NCBI GenBank assembly: GCA_042216335.1
Contig: JBDGTY010000023.1
Span: forward strand, 8,390-44,427
Origin: Candidatus Nanohalobium sp.
GTDB lineage: Archaea > Nanohalarchaeota > Nanosalinia > Nanosalinales > Nanosalinaceae
DNA: 36,038 nt
Reading direction: 5' to 3'
The notes under the pieces are model-generated. The model worked only from the letters and a program-made list of their open reading frames with translations. It ran no database searches and was not told the origin of the DNA. Below are positions 1 to 8,359 of this stretch, one piece after another; the first letter of the stretch is position 1; every line of letters starts with the position of its first letter. The position numbers and the translations under genes were made by a program.

Positions 1-2
1 AG

Positions 3-86
3 CTAGTAGTTTTCTATTTCTACTTCGTCTATCTTACTGTAATCTCTGTCTTTAGGAGTTTTTCTCTTGCTGTATTTTGTCAGGAA
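3..86 (-). pseudogene. Possible C-terminal remnant of a PIN/VapC toxin
   Basis: Manually translated start-less frame FLTKYSKRKTPKDRDYSKIDEVEIENY*. The ending resembles the T-x-D-x-D-F-x-x-I...V-E-x-Y terminus of archaeal VapC proteins, and it lies directly downstream of a VapB-like fragment. Confidence 0.3.
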
Positions 87-94
87 TTATTTTC

Positions 95-211
95 TCAGCT
101 TTCAGCAGTTTCGTCTAAATCTTCCTCTGTTTTCTTTCTGGTCTCCTCCACCTTTCTCTCAAGTTCTTCGTCCTCCCAAACGCCGACAATCTCGGTCAGG
201 CTCCTTTCCAT
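95..211 (-). pseudogene. 38-aa ORF resembling the C-terminal half of a VapB-family antitoxin
   Basis: Manual translation MERSLTEIVGVWEDEELERKVEETRKKTEEDLDETAES*. It has an SL-x-E-x-x-G-x-W-x-DEE pattern but no N-terminal DNA-binding part. Confidence 0.35.
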
Positions 212-247
212 AAATCATCCCTATCGGAGAAATTTGAAATAGCAATG

Positions 248-592
248 TTACTTCCATGTGTAGATTTCCAGTCCGTTTCCATCAGGATCTGTGAAAAGAA
301 ATGCTTTATGATCCCTGGCATCATATTCATCTACTTCACCCACTAATTCCTGTACTCTCTCCTTTTCAGCCTGGAAGTCTTCTACTCTGAAAGCGGGCGC
401 AGTGTTATCTCCACGTTTTTCTGGAGTCCAGCCATCATACTCGGAATTGTAGAGGCCGAAACCGATGTTCTCAAGTTCGTAATATGCCATCCTCTCGGAT
501 ATTGACTTCGGTTCTCGCTTCAGCAACTGGTTATAGAACTCTACAGACTCCTCAATATCCGATACAGCAATCCATATGAAATCCAACTCCAT
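248..592 (-). CDS. VOC/glyoxalase-family protein
   Basis: IWIAVSDIEESVEFYNQLL and FLFTDPDGNGLEI motifs. Start moved to ATG 592 (MELDF). Confidence 0.85.
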   Translation of the reverse strand: MELDFIWIAVSDIEESVEFYNQLLKREPKSISERMAYYELENIGFGLYNSEYDGWTPEKRGDNTAPAFRVEDFQAEKERVQELVGEVDEYDARDHKAFLFTDPDGNGLEIYTWK

Positions 593-700
593 AAACCAGT
601 CTATAAGCTGGGAAAGATTAAAAACTGCAGACTTCAAACTAAAGACTTCGGCTAATGGGAAAAACTTTTAACTCTTCTCCAGGGAGATAAGAGACACATA

Positions 701-864
701 GCCGATAAGGCAGCGGAAAAATACAGGAAAGGAGAGATAACCTTATCCAAGGCGGCAGAGAAGGCAGAACTGACAGTCTGGAAGATGCAGAAACACTTGT
801 CGAAAACGGGTTCACATCAGAGTACTCCAAAAAAGACCTGGAAGAGGAAGCACAGAACCTCTAG
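701..864 (+). pseudogene. Truncated, frameshifted UPF0175-family antitoxin remnant
   Basis: ADKAAEKYRKGEITLSKAAEKAELTVWKMQKHL, then a frame change near 795 to VENGFTSEYSKKDLEEEAQNL*. No in-frame start. Similar in pattern to the intact antitoxin at 15314. Confidence 0.6.
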
Positions 865-880
865 AACACAGGAAAATACT

Positions 881-893
881 GGAAAGATTAAAA
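881..893 (+). promoter_or_regulatory. Probable BRE/TATA promoter of cca
   Basis: GGAAAGATTAAAA located 37-25 nt upstream of the cca ATG, the spacing expected for a leaderless transcript. Confidence 0.5.
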
Positions 894-917
894 CCTGTCG
901 ACCAGTAATTCTCAACC

Positions 918-2264
918 ATGAACTGGGAAAGACTTCGAGAAAAAGTACTTGACGACATATACCCTGATGAAGAGGAACTGGAGGAGGCCCGGGAACTTTA
1001 CTGGAAGATCTCCAATTTCATAGCTGAGGAGTACGGACTGGAAACACATTTTGCAGGTTCCACCAGCAGAGAAACCTGCATGAAGGGAGATAAGGACATC
1101 GATATCTTTGTTCTTTTCCCGGAAGATACTGAGAGACAGGAGCTGGAGGATAGAGGCCTTGAGCTTGGAAAAAAGGTTTTCAGGGAGTTCGATGGCGAGT
1201 TCGAGGTCGACTACGCAGAGCACCCGTACACCAAGGGAGAGATAGACGGCCATGAGGTCGAGATTGTTCCCTGCTTCGACGTCGACGCGGAAAACATTCA
1301 GTCCGCAGTTGACAGAACACCACATCACTCTCGCTGGATACAGGAGAACCTGAGCGATGAGGAGCGGAAGGATGTCGTTATACTGAAGAAATTCCTGAAG
1401 GAGCAGGGGCTGTACGGCTCTTCTCTCAAGGTCAGGGGTTTCTCCGGTTATCTCTGCGAGATACTTGTCTCGGAGTTCGGAAGTTTCACAGAGCTTGTGG
1501 AGTCAGCGAAGAACTGGGAGGAGGAAAAAGTAGTTGACCCGGAGAACCATCATGAAAGCCTGCCAGAAAATCTCAGAGACAAGTTTTCAGATGATTTACT
1601 GGTTGTAGTTGACCCCGTTGATCCTGAGAGGAACGTGGCCTCAGTTCTTTCCACAGAAAACTATGCAAAATTTGTCTACAGCTGCTGGCAGTTCTCAAAA
1701 AGCCCAGGATTAAGCTATTTCCGGGAGGAGGAAGCTGAGTGGACTGAGTTCGAGTTGAAGCAGGAGGTTCAGGGCCGTGGAGACTTCATCGCTGTCAAGT
1801 TTGAACGGCCTGACGAGGTAGATGATCTGGTCTACCCGCAGATGCGGAAGTTCATGCGTTTGTTGAGTAAGAAACTGGAGAAGCGTGATTTCAGGATTTT
1901 CGAGCAGGGTTTCCACGCTACTGAGGAGAAAGTGCGTTTCTTCTTCGAGGTCCAGATGGAGCTTCCGAAGGTTGAGGAACTGAAGGGGCCGAAAGTTTTC
2001 CATAATGCAAAGCATCTCGAACAGTTCACATCAAAGTACGATAACACCTTTGTCCGTGGTGACAGGCTCTACGCCAAGACGGAGCGCGAGTTCACGAATG
2101 CCAAAGAGTTCATCCAGGACTTCCTTGAGGACGATGTTCAGGGCCTGAAGTCGAAAGGTGTGCCGAACCATATCGCTGACAGGATCGTGGATTATTCTTT
2201 CTTTGATGTCCTGGAGGGTGAGGAGGAATGGTTAAATTACTTGGCTGAGGAGTTGAACCTATGA
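918..2264 (+). CDS. cca: Class I CCA-adding tRNA nucleotidyltransferase
   Basis: GS...DKDIDIF nucleotidyltransferase motif, YAEHPY, VDRTPHH, GFSGYLCEIL and DPVDPERNVA. Confidence 0.95.
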   Translation: MNWERLREKVLDDIYPDEEELEEARELYWKISNFIAEEYGLETHFAGSTSRETCMKGDKDIDIFVLFPEDTERQELEDRGLELGKKVFREFDGEFEVDYAEHPYTKGEIDGHEVEIVPCFDVDAENIQSAVDRTPHHSRWIQENLSDEERKDVVILKKFLKEQGLYGSSLKVRGFSGYLCEILVSEFGSFTELVESAKNWEEEKVVDPENHHESLPENLRDKFSDDLLVVVDPVDPERNVASVLSTENYAKFVYSCWQFSKSPGLSYFREEEAEWTEFELKQEVQGRGDFIAVKFERPDEVDDLVYPQMRKFMRLLSKKLEKRDFRIFEQGFHATEEKVRFFFEVQMELPKVEELKGPKVFHNAKHLEQFTSKYDNTFVRGDRLYAKTEREFTNAKEFIQDFLEDDVQGLKSKGVPNHIADRIVDYSFFDVLEGEEEWLNYLAEELNL

Positions 2265-2839
2265 GCGAGCACAGTGTAAACATTTTGGTCGGTCTTTCAG
2301 GTGTCGGAAAGGGAACTGTTCTTGAGGAGGCGATGATGCTCTCCGACAAGGACTACAAGGTCATAAATTATGGCGACAGGATGTTCGAAACCGCCGAGGA
2401 ACAGGGGCTGGCCGAACACCGTGATGAGATGAAGAATATCGATACTGAAACCTACAAGGAGATACAGGCGGACGCCGCGGAATCCATCTTTGAGGATGCT
2501 GAGGAGCAGGATGTGATCGTCGAGACCCATGCCGCGATCAAGTCGCCGTATGGATACATCCCGGGGCTTCCGAAGTGGGTCGCGGAGAATCTGGAGCCGG
2601 AGAAAATCATCATGCTCGATGCCTCCTCAGAAGCGATCTACAGCAGGAGCCAGGAAGCAGATAGAGACAGAGACACGGAGAAGGCCGGAGTCGAGGGCAT
2701 CCAGGAGTACAGAGAGACCGCAAAGCAGATGGCTTCCGCAGTTTCCATCCTGACAGGAGCATACTTCAAGATAATCAAGAACAGGGACGGCCAGGCCGAA
2801 GCAGCCGCTGAGGAGCTTGTTGAGACTCTCCAGGGCTAG
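2261..2839 (+). CDS. adkA: Archaeal adenylate kinase
   Basis: P-loop GLSGVGKGT, INYGD, HRDEMK and ETHAAIKSPYGYIPGLP. ATGA overlap with cca. Confidence 0.9.
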   Translation: MSEHSVNILVGLSGVGKGTVLEEAMMLSDKDYKVINYGDRMFETAEEQGLAEHRDEMKNIDTETYKEIQADAAESIFEDAEEQDVIVETHAAIKSPYGYIPGLPKWVAENLEPEKIIMLDASSEAIYSRSQEADRDRDTEKAGVEGIQEYRETAKQMASAVSILTGAYFKIIKNRDGQAEAAAEELVETLQG

Positions 2840-2846
2840 ATCAGCG

Positions 2847-2867
2847 TTTTTCTTACCTTCTTTTTTA
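2847..2867 (+). terminator. Pyrimidine/T-tract terminator
   Basis: TTTTTCTTACCTTCTTTTTT directly after the adkA stop. Confidence 0.5.
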
Positions 2868-2992
2868 TCCACCTCTAGAATGTTCAGAACTGTTTGTTGT
2901 TATCTTAAGGAGACAAAGAATGGTTCTGTGTTGGCTTGAGAGGCGCTGAGCGTTGCGTTACGTTAATAAGAGTTTATTACATTCTCTGTAAT

Positions 2993-3274
2993 ATGGCGAG
3001 CCTCTGGGACATTGGCAAGAGTAAAAAGGAGAAGCTCGCCGATGAATGGAAGGAGAACGGAGTTCTAGAAGACAAGGTCCAGAAACACAGGGACAAGTTC
3101 GAGGAGCAATTCCAGCAGAACATGAACGAGGAAGTCCCTACACACCCATACAAGATCTACAGGGAGATAGTGGAAAACAACGACCTCACAGAGGAAGAGA
3201 AGATCGCTCTGGAACACATGAAAGACGAGTTCTCCGAACAGTGGCAGACACTCAAACAGACACACTCCAACTAG
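2993..3274 (+). CDS. Hypothetical acidic helical protein (93 aa)
   Basis: ATG at 2993 (MASLWDIG) after an AT-rich promoter-like stretch, with host-like codon usage. Confidence 0.7.
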   Translation: MASLWDIGKSKKEKLADEWKENGVLEDKVQKHRDKFEEQFQQNMNEEVPTHPYKIYREIVENNDLTEEEKIALEHMKDEFSEQWQTLKQTHSN

Positions 3275-3367
3275 AGTTCATCGGCGAAGTCCTTGGGGAG
3301 GGGCTCCAAACATTCTTACTTTTACCCATCCTTCTTTTTTCCTAAAAAATGGGAAAATCTTTCACAG

Positions 3368-3847
3368 TTAATTTGAGCGGATAATATCCCAAGATTCTTC
3401 TTTCCCAGTTTTAACAGCCGTTGACACTGCCAGAACCGCACCCCATACTATCTCAGACCAAAAGTAGACTTGAAACATTATCGAAGAAAGCCCAACTAAT
3501 CTATAAACCGAACCCTGAATGAGGTGGATATTCTTAATAGTGAGAAAGAGGCTTAGTATCGAAATTAGAAGCACCATAACTGCGCAGAAAATCGTAACTA
3601 TATGGTAAAGAGAAAAATTAAGCAATTTACCGGTTTCCTCCAGTATTTCTTTCTCCATCTTCGAAACTTCGGCATCTACTTCCAAATCCTTCCCTGTGGT
3701 TCTTGCAACCGCAGAAAAAATCATGAATACAAAAGCCAAGTTAAGAGGATCTATCCCAAAAATACTGACAGATGCAGATTCGAGAACCAGCAGATTAACT
3801 AATGGTAAAAAAATTATTTTTCTGCTTTCAGGATCAAGTATCTTCAT
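3368..3847 (-). CDS. Hypothetical membrane protein
   Basis: 159-aa ORF with several hydrophobic segments in AT-rich DNA, just downstream of elp3. Confidence 0.6.
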   Translation of the reverse strand: MKILDPESRKIIFLPLVNLLVLESASVSIFGIDPLNLAFVFMIFSAVARTTGKDLEVDAEVSKMEKEILEETGKLLNFSLYHIVTIFCAVMVLLISILSLFLTIKNIHLIQGSVYRLVGLSSIMFQVYFWSEIVWGAVLAVSTAVKTGKEESWDIIRSN

Positions 3848-3860
3848 AATTTCGGCCCTT

Positions 3861-5441
3861 CTAAAGTTCTTTTACCATGTAAGGCCCTTCCTTCTCATAT
3901 CCAAGCTTCCGGTAGTACTCCCGGGTCCCAACAGCTGAGATAACGACAACTTTGTCTCTGCCGAGTTCCCGGGCCTTTTCCTCTGCATTCTCCATCAATC
4001 TCTTTCCGTAACCTTTGTGCTGGACTTCTCCCTCGGAACCGATATCGGTCGCCGAGCCCAGGACCTTCAGCTGGCGGACGATCAGTGTTTCGTCATCGAT
4101 CTCATCCCGGAAGGATTCACTCGGAGCCCTTAAACGAGTAAAACCAAGTATTATATCTGCCTCAGTATCCTCAAAGCTCTGGAAGTACTCGTGCCCGCCA
4201 GAGGCCTCGTAGTCCCTCTCGACCAGTTCGATGTTCTCCTGCTTGGGTTCGAGGTCATGAGTCCTCTTGACATGGCCCACTTCCCTGCACCGGATGCATC
4301 TGCATCTCTCCCCTTCCTCATGAAGCTCCTGCAGAGCCATCTGACGCATGTTGGTCAACTGTGGACCGGCATCGACCTCCGTACTCGGGATGTCCCGCAT
4401 AACCCTCTTAACCCGGACGTGAGGAGGTATAATATCTTTCTGAGCCTTCTTCAAACGTTCCTTGGCTTCTTCATCGTCTATCGGTTCGAATTCGCCTTCC
4501 TCGTACTGCCTGTAGAGTTCAGTTCCCTGGATGACCTCACAGGGATAAATCTTGATCTCGTCGGGCTGTAGGTCGGAGTCTGAGAATGTCTTCCTGAACT
4601 TCTCGATATCCTCTTCATAACCTTCTCCGGGAAGTCCAAGCATCAGATGATACGCAACCTTGAAACCGGCGTTCTTCAGCCGTTTCGTTGCCTCGATGAC
4701 CTTGTCCATGCCGTGGCCCCTGTTCGTCCTCTCATGTGTCTCATCGAAGACTGTCTGGACTCCCATCTCCGTCCGAGTGCCCCCCATCTCAAGTATCCTA
4801 TCGATATGCTCCGTCTCACAGATGTCGGGCCGAGTCTCGAATGTCACCCCAACGTTACGTATCTCAGCCGTCTCGTTGATCTTCTTGGCTTCGTCAAGAG
4901 TATCTACTTTTTCGCTGTCTCCCCTGTATGTGTTGAATCCGTTGAAGGCTTCTTTCAGGAACTCTCTCTGGTATTCCGGGTCCTGAAACGGGAATGTTCC
5001 TCCCATGACAATCAGCTTGGATTTGTCGATGCTGTGGCCGTTTTTCTCGTACTGTCCGAGCCTGTCGTGCACCTGGTCGTACGGGTCATAACCGTTTCTG
5101 ATCGCTCTTCTTGTTGCTGGCTCCTTGCCCGTGTAGCTCTGAGGCGCATCCTTTCCTTTAGGGCAGTAGATGCAGCCTCCGCCACAGGGCGCTGGCCTTG
5201 CCATTATCGCTATGTTCGCGATGCCGGAGATCGTTCGCATCGGCTTGGTCTTCAACGTCTTCTGCGCCCTCTTTTCGTCGTCTTCCGCAAACTTGAGGAT
5301 GTCCGAGTTCTTGGGCATGCCGTCGAAGCCGAGTTCGCTGCAAAAGTCCTTCTTTATCTGCTCTACCCTCTCTTTGTCATCTATGTCTTCTTCCTCTATC
5401 TTTTCGATGACTTTCCTGGAAAGTGTTTTGAGGTCTGACAT
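3861..5441 (-). CDS. elp3: Elp3 tRNA uridine(34) acetyltransferase (radical SAM + GNAT)
   Basis: KPMRTISG, CGGGCIYCP, QSYTGKEPA, MGGTF, ETRPD, KIYP, CRCIRCREVG, QHKGYGKRLM, ISAVGTREYYRKLGY and GPYMVK. Confidence 0.95.
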   Translation of the reverse strand: MSDLKTLSRKVIEKIEEEDIDDKERVEQIKKDFCSELGFDGMPKNSDILKFAEDDEKRAQKTLKTKPMRTISGIANIAIMARPAPCGGGCIYCPKGKDAPQSYTGKEPATRRAIRNGYDPYDQVHDRLGQYEKNGHSIDKSKLIVMGGTFPFQDPEYQREFLKEAFNGFNTYRGDSEKVDTLDEAKKINETAEIRNVGVTFETRPDICETEHIDRILEMGGTRTEMGVQTVFDETHERTNRGHGMDKVIEATKRLKNAGFKVAYHLMLGLPGEGYEEDIEKFRKTFSDSDLQPDEIKIYPCEVIQGTELYRQYEEGEFEPIDDEEAKERLKKAQKDIIPPHVRVKRVMRDIPSTEVDAGPQLTNMRQMALQELHEEGERCRCIRCREVGHVKRTHDLEPKQENIELVERDYEASGGHEYFQSFEDTEADIILGFTRLRAPSESFRDEIDDETLIVRQLKVLGSATDIGSEGEVQHKGYGKRLMENAEEKARELGRDKVVVISAVGTREYYRKLGYEKEGPYMVKEL

Positions 5442-5494
5442 GTGTACCGAGATGTACGGTGAGAGTTAAAAACTGCGGCACACCCACACAATGT

Positions 5495-6349
5495 ATGAAG
5501 AAAGCGATCCTGACAGTTTTCATCCTGCTTGCCGCGGCCTCCGCAGCAGGATTCAGTTTTGAAACACAGAAGAAGGCGGCGATAATCGACCTTTCAGGGA
5601 CCATAACCCCTTCACAGAGCACCGGCCTCACCGCGACATCAGGGATAACGCCGGAGCAGGTCAGGAATCTGAACCAGAGGGCTAAAAGCCAGGGAGCAGA
5701 CGCTATAATCTACGAGATAAACTCGGGCGGAGGAGCAGTCGTGGCATCAAAGGAGGTGAAGAGAGCCATCGAGGACGTGAAACTGCCTACTGTATGCCGT
5801 ATGCGGGATGTAGCGGCCTCGGGCGGCTACCTGATCTCGCTGGGCTGTGACAGGATAGTGGCTGACTCCTCGACACTGACCGGCAGTATAGGCGTGAAGA
5901 GTTCCTACATCCAGTACGCAGGACTCATGGAAAAGCACGGCCTGAACTACATCAACATCTCCGCCGGAGGAATGAAAGAGGTCGGCAACCCGTTCATGAA
6001 CGCCTCTAAGCAAGAGAAACAGCTTCTTCAGGAAAAGGTCGACATCATCCAGCAGAACTTCCTGAAGATGGTGGAAAAGGAGAGGAACCTGACCGAGTCA
6101 CAGATGAAGAACGTCAGCTCAGGAGCACCGTTCCTCGGAGTAGAGGCCAAGAAACTCGGACTGGTCGACAGACTGGGCGGAAGAGACACAGCAGTAAACG
6201 TAACGGAAAACCTGACAGGCAGCAAAATCCAGACTTTCGAAGTCGAGAAGGCCTCAAGCTTCAACATTTTATCGCTGCTGACCGCAGACCTGAACATCGG
6301 AAACTTCCTGGAATTCTCGGCTCCTTTCAGGTCATCGATAGGTTACTGA
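5495..6349 (+). CDS. sppA: Signal peptide peptidase SppA (S49)
   Basis: N-terminal signal/anchor (MKKAILTVF), INSGGG, AASGGY, TGSIGV and LGLVDRLGG. Start moved to ATG 5495. Confidence 0.9.
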   Translation: MKKAILTVFILLAAASAAGFSFETQKKAAIIDLSGTITPSQSTGLTATSGITPEQVRNLNQRAKSQGADAIIYEINSGGGAVVASKEVKRAIEDVKLPTVCRMRDVAASGGYLISLGCDRIVADSSTLTGSIGVKSSYIQYAGLMEKHGLNYINISAGGMKEVGNPFMNASKQEKQLLQEKVDIIQQNFLKMVEKERNLTESQMKNVSSGAPFLGVEAKKLGLVDRLGGRDTAVNVTENLTGSKIQTFEVEKASSFNILSLLTADLNIGNFLEFSAPFRSSIGY

Positions 6350-6403
6350 GATAGTACGCGTTCTCACCTAGTAGATGATAAAAATAGTTGTCCAACCTGG
6401 TTT

Positions 6404-6643
6404 ATGGAATACAGAAAACCTTTGATATACGGTGCAGCAGGGACTGCTGCATTTGCTATAGATTTCTACTTATTTTCCAATCTTGTTCCTCTTTCCACCT
6501 CTTTTGGAGCGCTTACAGCTCATGTCTATCTGCAGGATACAGATGAAGGAACCTCCTTATTCCATCTTATAGCATCCACTATCCTCCCGCCATTACCTTT
6601 GATATACGGAGCGCTGGGATGGGCCCTTAATCAGGTAAGCTAA
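6404..6643 (+). CDS. Small hypothetical membrane protein
   Basis: 79-aa hydrophobic ORF with a TATA-like element about 25 nt upstream. Confidence 0.6.
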   Translation: MEYRKPLIYGAAGTAAFAIDFYLFSNLVPLSTSFGALTAHVYLQDTDEGTSLFHLIASTILPPLPLIYGALGWALNQVS

Positions 6644-6678
6644 AGCAGAAATGATGAAATGAGAGAAAGATAGGAGAT

Positions 6679-7548
6679 TTATTCTCCTGGTGCGTCTCCC
6701 GGCTTCTCCGATACTTCTTCCGGCTCGTGGCTGTGCTCCCAGAGCACGTCGAATACCGGGCTCATGACTCCTTCTGCCATGTGGTCGCTCTGCGTCCAGA
6801 ATGCTGTGTCCTGAGTTGAGTGGACGTCATCGTGAGTCATCGACATGGTCAGGGCGTCGTCGTCGACGATCGTGACGCGTCCTTCAGGTGCTTCAACTCC
6901 TTCAAGCTTCTCTTCCAGTCCGCCTAGGTGTCTTACCTCTGCGTACTCCTGGAGTTGGTCGAATGCTTCTTTGTTCTTCTCGGATACAGGAGCAAGAACT
7001 CTTACGCTTATTCCTTCGTCCTTTGCTTCCTGAAGAAGATCCGAGTGATTATTCAGTAAGTCGTTTAACCCATCTTCGGAAGTCATGATCTTGATGCTGT
7101 CTTCTGCATCCCTCATCATGGTTCCCTGGTGCTGGTTGATCTGGTGTTCTCCCTGTAGTGAGCCAGACATCTCTGCCGGGTCAACAAGTTCGACACCTTG
7201 ATCGTACAGAGACTCGAGTTCGTCCACAGCTTCGGAGTCCTTGAAGTCCTCGAGTTTGTCGAGTTTTTCTTCAAGTTCCTGTTTGTGCTGTGATTTGATG
7301 TTTTCGATCGCCTGTTCCGGAGGAATGGCGACGTACTCCATCGGTTTGGAGGATTTTATTACTACCAGGCCTTTCTCGGCCAGTGATTCCAGGACATCGT
7401 AGGCACGTGAGCGCGGAACATTAGTCATCTCTGACAGCTCTCCGGCCGTCGAGACGCTTCTTCCAAGAAGAGCAGAGTAAATCTTGCGCTCGTACATGTT
7501 AAGCCCGATGTCCTCGAGCTCGTCCAGCGTGTCGTTGCTTGCAACCAT
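6679..7548 (-). CDS. TrmB-family transcriptional regulator
   Basis: LEDIGLNMYERKIYSALL...ELSEMTNVPRSRAYDVLESLAEKGLV winged HTH, plus a C-terminal PLD-like effector domain. Shine-Dalgarno-like AGGTG upstream. Confidence 0.9.
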   Translation of the reverse strand: MVASNDTLDELEDIGLNMYERKIYSALLGRSVSTAGELSEMTNVPRSRAYDVLESLAEKGLVVIKSSKPMEYVAIPPEQAIENIKSQHKQELEEKLDKLEDFKDSEAVDELESLYDQGVELVDPAEMSGSLQGEHQINQHQGTMMRDAEDSIKIMTSEDGLNDLLNNHSDLLQEAKDEGISVRVLAPVSEKNKEAFDQLQEYAEVRHLGGLEEKLEGVEAPEGRVTIVDDDALTMSMTHDDVHSTQDTAFWTQSDHMAEGVMSPVFDVLWEHSHEPEEVSEKPGDAPGE

Positions 7549-7665
7549 TTTTACGTTAACACCTATTATTTAGCCTTTACTAACGGCCGGTTATAAACTT
7601 TATTTCCGGCTCCTCAGTAGGCTCGGGATTTTATCATCCACTAGTAAACAATCATGATCGAATAT

Positions 7666-8307
7666 TTATAAAACCTCTCTTATCTTCCGCCTGATCCGGG
7701 TTATAAACCCTTCCACCTTCTTCCCGTACACCCTCTTCTCCTTGTTCAGTCCCTTCCAGTGAAGGCCGTCGAAATGACTCTTGATCTGGTTTCCATACTC
7801 GTCGTAGAAGACTACCTCATTCATACCGAATCTTGGCTCTGAACGGATCGGATTATCGGTGTAGGCGAAGGAAACCACGGCGACAGCATCCTTGCCTCCC
7901 GGGACGTCAAACTGATCGGAGACAGTGTCTCTGTCAAACCCAGTCCGCCACATAGAAGATATGCCTTCCTCTTGGGCCACGACACGCATGTTCTGGACCG
8001 AGGTCGCGGCCTCCATCATGCAGAACTCTTCAGATCGGGAGCCGACTTTCCTCTTCATCCTGCTTTCATCAACCACCACGAGCACGGATAGAGGAGCCTC
8101 CGCGATCCGGTGATCGCCCAGTGCCTGTGAAAGCATCTCGAGCTTGTGGTCGTCCTCCACCACGATGAACTCCAGTGTCTGGACATTACCGGGGGAAGGC
8201 GTGTTCCTTCCAGCCTCCAGTATCTTTCCCACAACGGGACGTGGAAGAGTTTCGTCCTCCGGATGCCTGAAGCTGGAGAGGTTGAGTATGTTTTCGAAAG
8301 CTGACAT
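7666..8307 (-). CDS. Nitroreductase-family protein
   Basis: KILEAGRNTPSPGNVQTLEFIVV and QNMRVVAQEEGISSMW. The N-terminal RRS-x-R motif is degenerate. Confidence 0.8.
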   Translation of the reverse strand: MSAFENILNLSSFRHPEDETLPRPVVGKILEAGRNTPSPGNVQTLEFIVVEDDHKLEMLSQALGDHRIAEAPLSVLVVVDESRMKRKVGSRSEEFCMMEAATSVQNMRVVAQEEGISSMWRTGFDRDTVSDQFDVPGGKDAVAVVSFAYTDNPIRSEPRFGMNEVVFYDEYGNQIKSHFDGLHWKGLNKEKRVYGKKVEGFITRIRRKIREVL

Positions 8308-8359
8308 ACTACTGTTTTCGGGGCGGCAGGGTTTAAACCTTCAGGAACAAACTGGCCGT

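Noticed and set aside
611-893. 13-nt direct repeat GGAAAGATTAAAA at 611 and 881 as a target-site duplication
   Set aside because: Both copies look like BRE/TATA promoter elements, and there is no transposase or terminal inverted repeat.
5158-5187. Elp3 has CX3CX2C rather than the CX4CX2C spacing I recall for archaeal Elp3
   Set aside because: All three Cys are present in the canonical radical SAM spacing, so no functional change can be inferred.
4647-5438. Long antisense ORFs (also 8801-9568, 11165-11971 and 34123-34950) and the alternate-frame ORF 16254-16925
   Set aside because: Shadow frames of well-supported genes, with no motifs and a composition unlike the acidic proteome.
8144-8359. 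72-aa N-terminal extension of DNA ligase
   Set aside because: It overlaps the divergent nitroreductase gene. The GTG at 8360 follows a TTTAAA box and matches the normal ligase N-terminus.
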